From contig JAFTJF010000011.1 in the NCBI GenBank assembly GCA_017456555.1, forward strand, positions 35,831 to 99,830: a DNA stretch of 64,000 nt, given 5' to 3'. The position numbers were made by a program, and so were the translations under genes. The first letter of the stretch is position 1. Each line of letters starts with the position of its first letter. Positions 17,946 to 27,088 of this stretch are shown piece by piece. The DNA comes from Clostridia bacterium. GTDB lineage: Bacteria; Bacillota; Clostridia; TANB77; CAG-508. The notes below the pieces were generated by a model. That model was not told where the DNA came from. It did no database searches and worked only from the letters and a program-made list of their open reading frames with translations.

Positions 17946-18022
17946 TGGTGCGCCCTCAAGGATTCGAACCTTGGACCCACCGGTTATGAGCCGGTTGCTC
18001 TGACCAACTGAGCTAAGGGCGC
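17946..18022 (-). tRNA. tRNA with CAT anticodon (elongator Met or lysidine-modified Ile2; not an initiator)
   Basis: Cloverleaf read by hand: acceptor GCGCCCT/AGGGCGC, anticodon arm ACCGG-CTCATAA-CCGGT, T-arm with GGTTCGAATCC, encoded CCA. Consensus promoter TTGACA, 17 nt, TATAAT on the minus strand at about 18040-18075. Confidence 0.9.
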
Positions 18023-18223
18023 GTCGCCTAACGACAAGATTTATTATAAACTAATAAAGTTTAGATGTCAATACTAAATTTGAATTTTTTGAAAATTATT
18101 TTTATAAAATATTGTGAACAAAATGATGCAACTAATTAGAAAATCTTAATGAAATAATTATAATATTGAGATATTTAATGAAATATGATATAAATTTTAT
18201 ATGAAATACGAAAGGTACAAAAA

Positions 18224-18949
18224 ATGAGAAAAAAATTTGTTATAATATTTTGTTTAATATTTATGATAATAACAATTGGACTATCTGTATTTATAATAAA
18301 AAACGAAACTTTGATAGAATATTATTTAAAAAATTATAATACAGATGAAATTGCTACTAAAACAGTATTTTATGCAGAAGATTTTGGGTTTGAAGATATA
18401 AAAAGTAACACAGACTTTGATAATGATGGGTTAGAAGATTATGCAGATATTGTTGAGGGAGCAAGAATCGATGCAGAGAATAAGCCAACATATAAAAGTG
18501 CATATTATGCAGGAGGATATCCTCCCGATAATGAAGGTGTATGCACAGATGTTATTTGGAGAGCATTAAAAAATGCAGGTTATTTACTAAAAGATATGGT
18601 TGATGAGGATATAAAAAACAATGTTAGTCTCTATCCAAGAGTTGAAGGAAAACCAGATCCTAATATAGATTTTAGACGAGTTCCAAATTTAATGGTTTAT
18701 TTTGAAAGAAACCATATATCTTTAACATTAGATTTAAGTGAAATAGAAGAATGGCAACCAGGAGATATTGTTGCTTTTGGGAAAGAACATGTTGGAATTA
18801 TTTCGGATAAAAGAAATGCCAAAGGAATTCCTTACATAATTCATAATGGTGCTCAAGAAAATAGAGAAGAAGATGGTTTGGAATTTTATAATAAATATGC
18901 TTGGCCAATTACTGGGCATTATAGACTAAAAGATTTGAATAGTAATTAA
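18224..18949 (+). CDS. DUF1287-family protein (membrane-anchored)
   Basis: N-terminal TM. Conserved-looking block GGYPPDNEGVCTDVIWRALKNAGY..GDIVAFG..HVGIISD, recalled as DUF1287. Confidence 0.7.
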   Translation: MRKKFVIIFCLIFMIITIGLSVFIIKNETLIEYYLKNYNTDEIATKTVFYAEDFGFEDIKSNTDFDNDGLEDYADIVEGARIDAENKPTYKSAYYAGGYPPDNEGVCTDVIWRALKNAGYLLKDMVDEDIKNNVSLYPRVEGKPDPNIDFRRVPNLMVYFERNHISLTLDLSEIEEWQPGDIVAFGKEHVGIISDKRNAKGIPYIIHNGAQENREEDGLEFYNKYAWPITGHYRLKDLNSN

Positions 18950-19017
18950 ATAAATGTAATTATGATTAAATTTAACTTGAAAAAATAATAATTAATAATG
19001 TAGTGAGGAAAAATAAA

Positions 19018-19518
19018 ATGAATTTAGAAAAAGCTATAGAGTTTATGAAACAAAAACATGGAAATCAAAAAAGAAAACAAGGAACACCTTATTATACTCA
19101 TCCACTTGCTGTTGCTGAATTGTTGAAAAGTAAAGGTTTTTCAGAAGAATATCAATTAGCTGGACTTTTTCATGATTTAATTGAAGATACAAATGCAACA
19201 TATGAAGAGATAATAGCTCTTTCAAATGAAAATGTTGCAGAAGCAGTAAGATTAGTAAGCAAAACAGATGGTTATGTAATGACTGAATATATTGGAAATA
19301 TTAAAGAAAATGATATGGCAAGAATGGTAAAAATTGCTGATAGAATTCATAATTTATCAGAATCTCCAGCAGCAAATCGTAAATTCCAAGAAAGATATAT
19401 AAAAGAGACAAAAGAATGGTTTGTAGATTTAGCAAAAGGAACTGTATTTGAAGGAGACTTAAATTCTGCTTTGGAAAATTTAATTCGAGTTTATGAGAGC
19501 GAAGGAATTGATAGATAG
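19018..19518 (+). CDS. HD-domain (p)ppGpp hydrolase-like protein (RelA/SpoT hydrolase fold, small alarmone hydrolase type)
   Basis: YYTHPLAVA...GLFHDLIEDT...KIADRIHNL. RBS GTGAGGA before ATG 19018. Confidence 0.8.
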   Translation: MNLEKAIEFMKQKHGNQKRKQGTPYYTHPLAVAELLKSKGFSEEYQLAGLFHDLIEDTNATYEEIIALSNENVAEAVRLVSKTDGYVMTEYIGNIKENDMARMVKIADRIHNLSESPAANRKFQERYIKETKEWFVDLAKGTVFEGDLNSALENLIRVYESEGIDR

Positions 19519-19778
19519 AAGAATACTTTAAACTAATATAATGTAAAAGAATATATATGCTATTATAAAAATAATTAAATGTAATAACGTTTAGTTATTT
19601 TTTTGTTTATACATCTATAGTTGTAGACGCGAAATAGAATATTTAGACCACGATTTATATTATATAATTATCGAAAAACAATAAAAAAATATTGACAAAC
19701 GAAAACAATAATATATAATGGTTATACTAAAATATAATAATTTATATTTATAAAATCTATTAAAAAGGAAGAATAAAT

Positions 19779-20243
19779 ATGGAAATATTAGGAAAAAAAG
19801 GACTAGGTAGTATATTAAAAATATTATTACAAATTGTATTAGTGTTTGGAATTGGAATATTAGTTGCATTTCCATTTATTATCTATTATGCAAATCCACA
19901 AATTAATCCAAATATTGTAATTTTTTATCCAAATGCAATTTGTCTATTATTGATTGTTTGGCAATTTATTGGATTATTTGATACTTTGAAAAAAAGTAAT
20001 CCATTTTGTGAAAACACTGTAAAAAGATTAACTTCAGCATCAAAAGTAAGTGGTGTTGCATCAGTGTTTTGGATTTTTGATTTAATATATGAAGCTTTCA
20101 TTGCTAAAGCAGTGAGTCCATTTGTTTTAGTACTTTGTTTTATGGTAATTTTATTTATTGGAGTTACTATTGCTTTATATATTTTAGCCGAATTGTTTAA
20201 ACAAGGCCTAGAATATAAAAATGAAAATGAATTAACAATATAA
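19779..20243 (+). CDS. DUF2975-type multi-TM membrane protein
   Basis: Four hydrophobic segments. Positioned directly upstream of a 68-aa XRE/YozG-type HTH gene, the usual DUF2975 context. Confidence 0.65.
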   Translation: MEILGKKGLGSILKILLQIVLVFGIGILVAFPFIIYYANPQINPNIVIFYPNAICLLLIVWQFIGLFDTLKKSNPFCENTVKRLTSASKVSGVASVFWIFDLIYEAFIAKAVSPFVLVLCFMVILFIGVTIALYILAELFKQGLEYKNENELTI

Positions 20244-20262
20244 AAAAGAGGAGGATGTAGAA

Positions 20263-20469
20263 ATGATAATTGTAAATTTAGATGTAATGTTAGCTAAAAG
20301 AAAAATGTCCTCTCAGGAGCTTGCTGAAAAAATTGGAATTACTCAAGCTAATTTATCAATTTTAAAAACCAATAAAGGAAAAGCTATAAGATTTTCAACT
20401 TTAGATGCAATTTGTAAAACTTTAAGATGTAAACCAGGAGATATATTAGAATATCGAGAAGGAGAATAA
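20263..20469 (+). CDS. XRE-family (YozG-like) helix-turn-helix regulator
   Basis: LDVMLAKRKMSSQELAEKIGITQANLSILKTNKGKAIRFSTLDAICKTLRCKPGDILEY. Confidence 0.88.
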   Translation: MIIVNLDVMLAKRKMSSQELAEKIGITQANLSILKTNKGKAIRFSTLDAICKTLRCKPGDILEYREGE

Positions 20470-20470
20470 T

Positions 20471-21907
20471 ATGATTAATATAATTATAGGTGCACTATTT
20501 TTAAGTATTTGGGCAACGATATTATTTTTTGGAAAAAATATAGGTTTATCAGTTTTACTTTTTATAGTGCCATTCATTTATATATTATTAAATATTTTAG
20601 AACAAAAGAAAAAAGTAAAATATAGAAAAGCTAAAATATTAGTTTTACCGATAGTATTGCTAGCGAGTACATATTTTATATTTAATAACAGCTTTTTAAA
20701 TAAATTAAATTTATTAGTAATTCCAATACTAATATTGATTTTAATTATGGAATTACTTGAAAAAGATTTAAAATTATATTCTAGATTTGAAAGAGTTATT
20801 GAAATTATATTTAATCCAATTAGTTATATAGATGTAACAATGAAGAAATCTAGAGAAGATATAATTTCAAAATTAAATGTTAAAGAGAAATCAAACAAAA
20901 ATTCAAATTTAACAAAAGCAATACTAATTACAATTCCTGTAGTTTTTATTGTTGTAGTGTTACTTTCAACAGCAGATGATGTTTTTGGGGAATTATTTAT
21001 AAACATTTTTAATAAAATAATAGCGTTTTTGGGTAATTTTAACTTAGGCGGGATAATAGGAAGACTAATTGTTATAGTATGTTTATTTATCTACTTTGCA
21101 GCATTTTTTGATAATCTTGTTGTAAGATATGATGATACAACAGAAAAATCTGAAAGTACTTTAAATCCGAATGATAATACAACAGTAAAATTACTTTTAG
21201 GTGTTTTAAACATTGTTTATGCAATTTTCTGTTTTATTCAAATAAAGGCGTTATTTATGAAGGTAAATATTGAAGATTATTCTTATTATGCAAGAAAAGG
21301 ATTTTTCCAATTAATGGCTGTTTCTTTTATAAATTTTATAATTATTTTAATTGCTAAAAGTTATGAAAAAAGTAAGAAAAGTAAATATGTTAATACAATG
21401 TCTATAATAATGATAATTAGTACTTTTATAATATTACTTTCTGCAGCATATAGAATGCGTATGTATGAATCAGCGTATGGCTACACTTTGCTTAGATTAT
21501 TAGTTTATGTTGCATTAGTTACTGAGAGTATATTATTAATTCCTACTATTATATATGTGATAGATAAACCAATCAATTTAGTGAAATCATATTTTACAAT
21601 TATATTAGTAGTTTATGTTTGTTTGAATTTTGTGAATTTAGAAAATATTATTATGAGAAATAATGTTGATAGATATTTTGTAATAAGTTCAATAGATTTA
21701 CCTTATCTAAAGAAAAATACAGGAACTGATGGTATAAAGCAAATAATAAGAATATTAGAAACAGAAACTGTAAATCAAGAACAAGAGGAAATTCAAAAAC
21801 AAGTTAGAGAATATGTAAAAGAAGTTCATGATGAAATTTCACCAATGGACTTTAGAGATTTTAATATTTCAAAATACAAAGTAGAAAAAATGGATGTTCA
21901 AATCTAA
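20471..21907 (+). CDS. Polytopic membrane protein (DUF4153/DUF4173-like)
   Basis: About 10 hydrophobic segments. The start lies 1 nt after the XRE stop codon. Confidence 0.65.
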   Translation: MINIIIGALFLSIWATILFFGKNIGLSVLLFIVPFIYILLNILEQKKKVKYRKAKILVLPIVLLASTYFIFNNSFLNKLNLLVIPILILILIMELLEKDLKLYSRFERVIEIIFNPISYIDVTMKKSREDIISKLNVKEKSNKNSNLTKAILITIPVVFIVVVLLSTADDVFGELFINIFNKIIAFLGNFNLGGIIGRLIVIVCLFIYFAAFFDNLVVRYDDTTEKSESTLNPNDNTTVKLLLGVLNIVYAIFCFIQIKALFMKVNIEDYSYYARKGFFQLMAVSFINFIIILIAKSYEKSKKSKYVNTMSIIMIISTFIILLSAAYRMRMYESAYGYTLLRLLVYVALVTESILLIPTIIYVIDKPINLVKSYFTIILVVYVCLNFVNLENIIMRNNVDRYFVISSIDLPYLKKNTGTDGIKQIIRILETETVNQEQEEIQKQVREYVKEVHDEISPMDFRDFNISKYKVEKMDVQI

Positions 21908-21943
21908 AAAATGATTCAAATAAACTAGAAAAAGGTATATAAA

Positions 21944-22375
21944 ATGAAAAAAATATTAAAAATTATTGAAATAATATTTTTACTAATAATTCCTATTATA
22001 TTAATTTTTGTTAATGGATGGATTGACTTTTTTGGATATGCATTAATAGTAGACGAAAAAAATAATATGATAATAAATGAATTATTAGAAGAGGAGTTTA
22101 TTAACTGTAAAAATCCTAAAATAATTATAGTAGAAAATAAATATAAAGAAGATGATATTGTAAAAATAGTAACTAATAAATTAAAAGTAGAAGAGTATAT
22201 GAGCAATTCTGAAAGTGAATTTATAAAATATATGGAAGAAAATGGAATTGATATATATGATACTTGGAATAAAATAAGATTTATTTATATTCTGGTAGCA
22301 GCAATATTAATATTTTTTAGAAAGCTTTCAGAAAATGCAGATATGTTTGGTAAATTTGAAGAAAGAGATAACTAA
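21944..22375 (+). CDS. Hypothetical membrane protein
   Basis: Same direction as the flanking genes, with N- and C-terminal hydrophobic segments. Weak RBS. Confidence 0.45.
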   Translation: MKKILKIIEIIFLLIIPIILIFVNGWIDFFGYALIVDEKNNMIINELLEEEFINCKNPKIIIVENKYKEDDIVKIVTNKLKVEEYMSNSESEFIKYMEENGIDIYDTWNKIRFIYILVAAILIFFRKLSENADMFGKFEERDN

Positions 22376-22441
22376 AATTTAATTTGAATAAACAAAATTT
22401 GTATTATTAAAAGATTTTAAAATAAATTATATTGACAAAAG

Positions 22442-22492
22442 ATATACCTAGATATACAATGTATAAAAAATACATAGATAATCTAGGTATAT
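22442..22492. promoter_or_regulatory. Nested palindromes upstream of padR (candidate PadR operator)
   Basis: Perfect 12-bp inverted repeat ATATACCTAGAT / ATCTAGGTATAT, enclosing ATGTAT-aaaaa-ATACAT (ATGT-N9-ACAT). Confidence 0.55.
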
Positions 22493-22595
22493 TTTGTTGT
22501 ATGAAAGTGCACATTCATACATAGGAAAGAAGGCCTATTTCCAAAGAATACAAAGATTTAATTTATGTGTTTTATTATCCTAAAAGGAGGTTTTT

Positions 22596-22934
22596 ATGAA
22601 AATAAATAAAGAACTTTTAAAAGGAAGTACAAGTATGCTTGTATTAAATTTATTGGCAGAAGAAAATATGTATGGATATCAAATGATTAAAACTTTAAGT
22701 GAAAAATCAGAAAATGTTTTTGAACTAAAAGAAGGAACTTTATATCCAATTTTACATTCATTGGAAGAAAACAATTTGATAACTTCATACTGGGATGAAA
22801 CAACGGGTAAGAAAAGAAAATATTATTCTATTACAAAAGAAGGAAAGAAACATTTAGATGCAAAAAAGGAAGAATGGAAAGTATTTAGTAATGGAATAAA
22901 TGATGTTCTTGGAGGTGTTTCATTTGCATGTTAA
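22596..22934 (+). CDS. PadR-family transcriptional regulator
   Basis: LLKGSTSMLVLNLLAEENMYGYQMIK...GTLYPILHSLEENNLI...KRKYYSITKEGK. Confidence 0.9.
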   Translation: MKINKELLKGSTSMLVLNLLAEENMYGYQMIKTLSEKSENVFELKEGTLYPILHSLEENNLITSYWDETTGKKRKYYSITKEGKKHLDAKKEEWKVFSNGINDVLGGVSFAC

Positions 22935-24327
22935 AGAATTTTTAGAAAATGTTTGTAATGAAATAAAGTATAAACCAATAAGAAATGATATTTCAGAAGA
23001 ATTAGCATTACATATTGAAGAAGTGAAACAAGATTATATAGCAGAAGGGATAACAGAAGATGCTGCCGAAGAAAAGGCGGTTTCGAATATGGGAGATGCT
23101 GAAGAGATTGGTAAAAAATTAAATAAGATTCATAGACCAAAATTAGATTGGATGCTTTTAATATTAGTTGCAACATTAATTGGGTTTGGGGTTTTAGTTA
23201 TATTTATAAGAGCTTCACGAGAAGCAGATACATATAGTATTAATAGAGGAATTAAATTTATAACAATTGGAATAATAGCAAGTGGCATTGTATATTTTAT
23301 GGATTATAGAAAAAGTTTAAAATATTCAAATTGGTTTTATATTATAGCAAGTTTATTATTTATTTTAACTATTTTTTCAGGGCATTCAATAAATGGTTCG
23401 CATAAATATTTATATCTACCAGGAATAGAATTTTCAACTAATTATATATGTACATATTTATATATAATTGCTTTTGCTGGATTTTTAAATAAATTTGACT
23501 ATGAAAAAAATATAGTAATTAATATAAATAAGTTCTGTTTAAAAATAAAAAAAGATATAGTAAAGATTTTTGTATTAGCAATTTTTTCATTATTCTTATC
23601 ATTGTTAGTAAATGGTGTACCAATGACACTATTAATTGCAATTTCTTACGTAATATATACGACATTTCAAATTATAAAATCAGAAAAAAATGTAAAGCGT
23701 AATTTAATAATATTATATAGTGTTATTGCTATAATTTTTATTTGTTTTTCTATTTTTGTAATAATTACAAGACCTAAAGTTTATTCTAGATTAGTCGAAT
23801 CTTCAATGAATAATGATTCAGAATATAATTTCACTCATAGATATAACGGTTGGTATGGAGTAAAAATTAATGAAGTTTTAGAGAGTGCTAATTTTACATC
23901 AGGAATTGAACAAGAAAATATGGATGTAAGTTATTTTGGATTGTTTGATGGAGGAACTTGTCATGCTCTAATAACTATAATTGCATATTATGGAACTTTA
24001 AGCTTATGGATAATAGTAGCAACTATAACTTTGTTATTTATAAAACTAATTTTAAATTGTAAGAATATTAATGATAATTATGGAAAATTACTAATAGTTG
24101 GATTTAGTAGTATAATATTATTACAATCTTTAGTGAATATTTTAGGAAACCTTAATTTAATACCATTAATGGATATAAATTTACCTTTTATATCTTATGG
24201 ATTTAATGGACTTTTAGTAAACATGTTAACAATTGCATTTTTACTATCTATATATAGAAGAAAAGATATATTATTTAAAGAGGTTAATAAAAATAAAAAA
24301 TTAAAGTTAAAAATATATTTTGAATAA
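22924..24327 (+). CDS. Membrane protein: cytosolic PadR-partner (DUF1700/permease-prefix-like) N-domain fused to an FtsW/RodA/SpoVE-like polytopic domain
   Basis: N-terminus KEFLENV..ISEELALHIEE..GDAEEIG. C-terminal LPFISYGFNGLLVNMLTIAFLLSIYR resembles the SEDS C-terminal motif. Start TTG 22924 follows GGAGGTG (alternative ATG 22900). Overlaps the end of padR. Confidence 0.6.
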   Translation: MHVKEFLENVCNEIKYKPIRNDISEELALHIEEVKQDYIAEGITEDAAEEKAVSNMGDAEEIGKKLNKIHRPKLDWMLLILVATLIGFGVLVIFIRASREADTYSINRGIKFITIGIIASGIVYFMDYRKSLKYSNWFYIIASLLFILTIFSGHSINGSHKYLYLPGIEFSTNYICTYLYIIAFAGFLNKFDYEKNIVININKFCLKIKKDIVKIFVLAIFSLFLSLLVNGVPMTLLIAISYVIYTTFQIIKSEKNVKRNLIILYSVIAIIFICFSIFVIITRPKVYSRLVESSMNNDSEYNFTHRYNGWYGVKINEVLESANFTSGIEQENMDVSYFGLFDGGTCHALITIIAYYGTLSLWIIVATITLLFIKLILNCKNINDNYGKLLIVGFSSIILLQSLVNILGNLNLIPLMDINLPFISYGFNGLLVNMLTIAFLLSIYRRKDILFKEVNKNKKLKLKIYFE

Positions 24328-24485
24328 AATATACTAGAGTTAAATGATACAGCATTTAACTCTTTTTTTTTATAAATAAAAAATTACAATAAGGTATTTT
24401 TACATAATAAAAAATATTAAGATTATATTGTTTAGATTGATAAAAAAATGATTTTATGATAAGTAATATAAAAGGAGAATAACAA

Positions 24486-25220
24486 ATGAAGAAAATTTTA
24501 TTTTGCGGAATAATTATAATATTAGTTTTTATAGTTATTGTATTTTTTATTAATTTTATTGTTGTAAAATCAAGTCAAAAACAAATTATTAGAGTTGCTG
24601 ATGCTGAAAATTTAAAAGATGTTGATTGCATAATTGTTTTAGGTGCTGGAATATGGGGAAATGGACCAAGTCCAATGCTTGAAGATAGGCTAAATGAGGC
24701 TATTTCTCTGTATAATAAAAATGTATCTGCAAAGATTGTTATGAGCGGTGACCATGGAAAAATAGATTATGATGAAGTTAATGTGATGAAAAATTATGCA
24801 ATTGAAAAAGGTGTTCCTTCAGAAAATATTTTTATGGATCATGCTGGATTTTCTTCTTATGAAAGTATGTATAGATTAAAAGAAATTTTTGGAGCTAAGA
24901 AAGTTGTTGTTGTTACACAAAAATATCATTTGTTTAGAACTTTATACATTGCAAATCAATTAGGGTTAGAAGCTTATGGTGTTAATTCTGATCCTAGAAG
25001 ATATGTTGGTGCTACATATAGAGAAATGAGAGAAATTTTAGCTCGAAATAAAGATTTCTTTGGTTGCTTATTTAATGTAAAACCAACTTATTTAGGAGAA
25101 CCAATTTCTTTAGATGGAAGTGGAGATATTACTAATGATAAGACAAATACGATTAATAATGCCGTTGAAAGTACTGATAAAAATATTACAAATGAATCAA
25201 CTTATAAAAATGAAAATTAA
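24486..25220 (+). CDS. SanA/YdcF (DUF218) family protein
   Basis: N-terminal TM, then IIVLGAGIWGNGPSPMLEDRL...VVTQKYHLFR. Confidence 0.85.
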   Translation: MKKILFCGIIIILVFIVIVFFINFIVVKSSQKQIIRVADAENLKDVDCIIVLGAGIWGNGPSPMLEDRLNEAISLYNKNVSAKIVMSGDHGKIDYDEVNVMKNYAIEKGVPSENIFMDHAGFSSYESMYRLKEIFGAKKVVVVTQKYHLFRTLYIANQLGLEAYGVNSDPRRYVGATYREMREILARNKDFFGCLFNVKPTYLGEPISLDGSGDITNDKTNTINNAVESTDKNITNESTYKNEN

Positions 25221-25302
25221 ATTATAAAAAATTAAAAATAAGTATTGACAATATCAAAAATAACCGTTATAATAAGTCATGTGCTTGAGAGAACATGCAT
25301 AT

Positions 25303-25388
25303 GGGCAGGTGGTCGAGTGGTTAATGGCACCAGACTGTAAATCTGGCCGCGAGAGCGTACGATGGTTCGAATCCATCTCTGCCCACCA
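25303..25388 (+). tRNA. tRNA-Tyr (GTA), class II with a long variable arm
   Basis: Anticodon arm CCAGA-CTGTAAA-TCTGG, T-arm GATGG-TTCGAAT-CCATC, encoded CCA. Promoter TTGACA, 17 nt, TATAAT upstream. Confidence 0.92.
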
Positions 25389-25463
25389 TTAAAATTTAAA
25401 TAAAAAAAGTGTTGACAAACAGAAAATTATATAGTAAAATAATTTTCGTCAACTAGTTAAAAC

Positions 25464-25539
25464 GGTCGCTTAGCTCAGCTGGGAGAGCATCTGCCTTACA
25501 AGCAGGAGGTCATTGGTTCGATCCCAATAGCGACCACCA
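25464..25539 (+). tRNA. tRNA-Val (TAC)
   Basis: Anticodon loop CTTACAA, T-loop GGTTCGATCCC, encoded CCA. Second promoter TTGACA, 17 nt, TAAAAT upstream. Confidence 0.92.
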
Positions 25540-25546
25540 CTTATTT

Positions 25547-25623
25547 GGCCTGGTAGTTCAGTTGGTTAGAATGCCGCCCTGTCACGGCGGAGGTCGACGG
25601 TTCGAGCCCGTTCCAGGTCGCCA
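25547..25623 (+). tRNA. tRNA-Asp (GTC)
   Basis: Anticodon arm CCGCC-CTGTCAC-GGCGG, T-loop GGTTCGAGCCC, encoded CCA. Confidence 0.92.
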
Positions 25624-25661
25624 TAAATATCTAGTTGAAAAACTAGATATTTTTTATATAA

Positions 25662-25737
25662 GGCTTCGTAGCTCAGTTGGTAGAGCAGGGGACTGAAAAT
25701 CCCCGTGTCAGCGGTTCGATTCCACTCGAAGCCACCA
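25662..25737 (+). tRNA. tRNA-Phe (GAA)
   Basis: Anticodon arm GGGGA-CTGAAAA-TCCCC, T-loop GGTTCGATTCC, encoded CCA. Confidence 0.92.
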
Positions 25738-25835
25738 TTAAAAAGATAGCAGTACTTACAAGAATGTAGGTATTGTTATTTTTTTTTATTTATAAGGAAT
25801 CGAAAAAAACCCTGCTATTAAAGCAGGGCTAAATT

Positions 25836-26909
25836 TTATTCAATTACAAATTCTGTAGAAAAGTATCTGATTCCATCTTCATAGTTTTCATATTCTTGAC
25901 TATTATCATAAACTTCTTTTATTATTTTGTATTCACCGGGTTCTAATTTTCCATAATGATTAGTCCAATCTGTTTCAATTTCACGAACACCATTTTCATC
26001 TGTAAGATATCCAATAGATACAAAGGAACCACCATTTTCAAGGTATTGCATTTCTTTCCAAGCGTTATTCACTTTTCTTTGAAGTTTAAATGATGCACCA
26101 TAAGTAAATGGTTTTTCGTTTTTATCTTTAATAACTACAGTTGCACCAAAAGGTGTTAAAGTTCCACCTTTTATTTCCATAGTAACATTTGGAGCTGTAT
26201 TATATTTGTCATTAGATGTTTGTATTTGTTTAGTAGAACTATTGTTATTTGAAGTGTTTTCAGAATTATCCAATATAGAAATTGAGTATGTTTGTAAGAT
26301 TCTAGCAGGAGCAGTTTCTTGAACAGCACCACCATATGTTATAGAAACAATATTTCCGACTTTTAAGTCATCTTTTTTTATTTCAGTACCGTTGTGATAT
26401 ATTTTGGCATCAGTTAAAGATACAGAAAAATCATATTTATGATTAATATCATTTATATTTAATCCATCAACCAAAATTGTTTTATCATTAATTTGGGTTA
26501 TTTCAGCATAAAATGTTGTTGATTCTAGGATTGCTTCTTTTTTTAATTCATCTTTGTCTATTGCATTTTCTTTATAATAAGAAATTATGTCATTTCCAAA
26601 TTGCTCATATTTGCTTTTTTCAACTTCAAAATCATCATAGCTCATAAAAAGAGGACCAATTTTTTTGTTAGTATAGAAAAGATTTCCCGGGTCACCTTCT
26701 AGTGAAATCATTGAATTATAAGAAATTACTTTATAACCTAAACCTATAAATATTTGAGTTCCACCATCTAAAACTGCAGTTTGTTTTATACAAAAAAGTG
26801 GATCTTTATCTTGAGTAACTCTACTGTAGTCGATTATAAAAAATATTGTACTTAATACTAGTATTAGTAAAACAATTGTTAATAGAAATTTTAATATTTT
26901 TTTCTTCAT
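25836..26909 (-). CDS. Membrane-anchored or exported hypothetical protein (Ser/Asn-rich linker, beta-rich C-terminal domain)
   Basis: RBS AAGGAGA, N-terminal TM or signal anchor. No catalytic motif seen. Confidence 0.65.
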   Translation of the reverse strand: MKKKILKFLLTIVLLILVLSTIFFIIDYSRVTQDKDPLFCIKQTAVLDGGTQIFIGLGYKVISYNSMISLEGDPGNLFYTNKKIGPLFMSYDDFEVEKSKYEQFGNDIISYYKENAIDKDELKKEAILESTTFYAEITQINDKTILVDGLNINDINHKYDFSVSLTDAKIYHNGTEIKKDDLKVGNIVSITYGGAVQETAPARILQTYSISILDNSENTSNNNSSTKQIQTSNDKYNTAPNVTMEIKGGTLTPFGATVVIKDKNEKPFTYGASFKLQRKVNNAWKEMQYLENGGSFVSIGYLTDENGVREIETDWTNHYGKLEPGEYKIIKEVYDNSQEYENYEDGIRYFSTEFVIE

Positions 26910-27088
26910 ACGAATTCTCCTTATAAAAAATTACAAATAAATTATATTATAAAAATAAAACTTATACAATAAATATTAGGATATAAAGTTAATAGAAAAA
27001 AGCTTAAAAGATACAAAAAATTCCCGCCTGAAGTTTTTATTCAAGCGGGAGAATACTCTTTCTTAGCGAAAGAGTGGAATTGGATATC

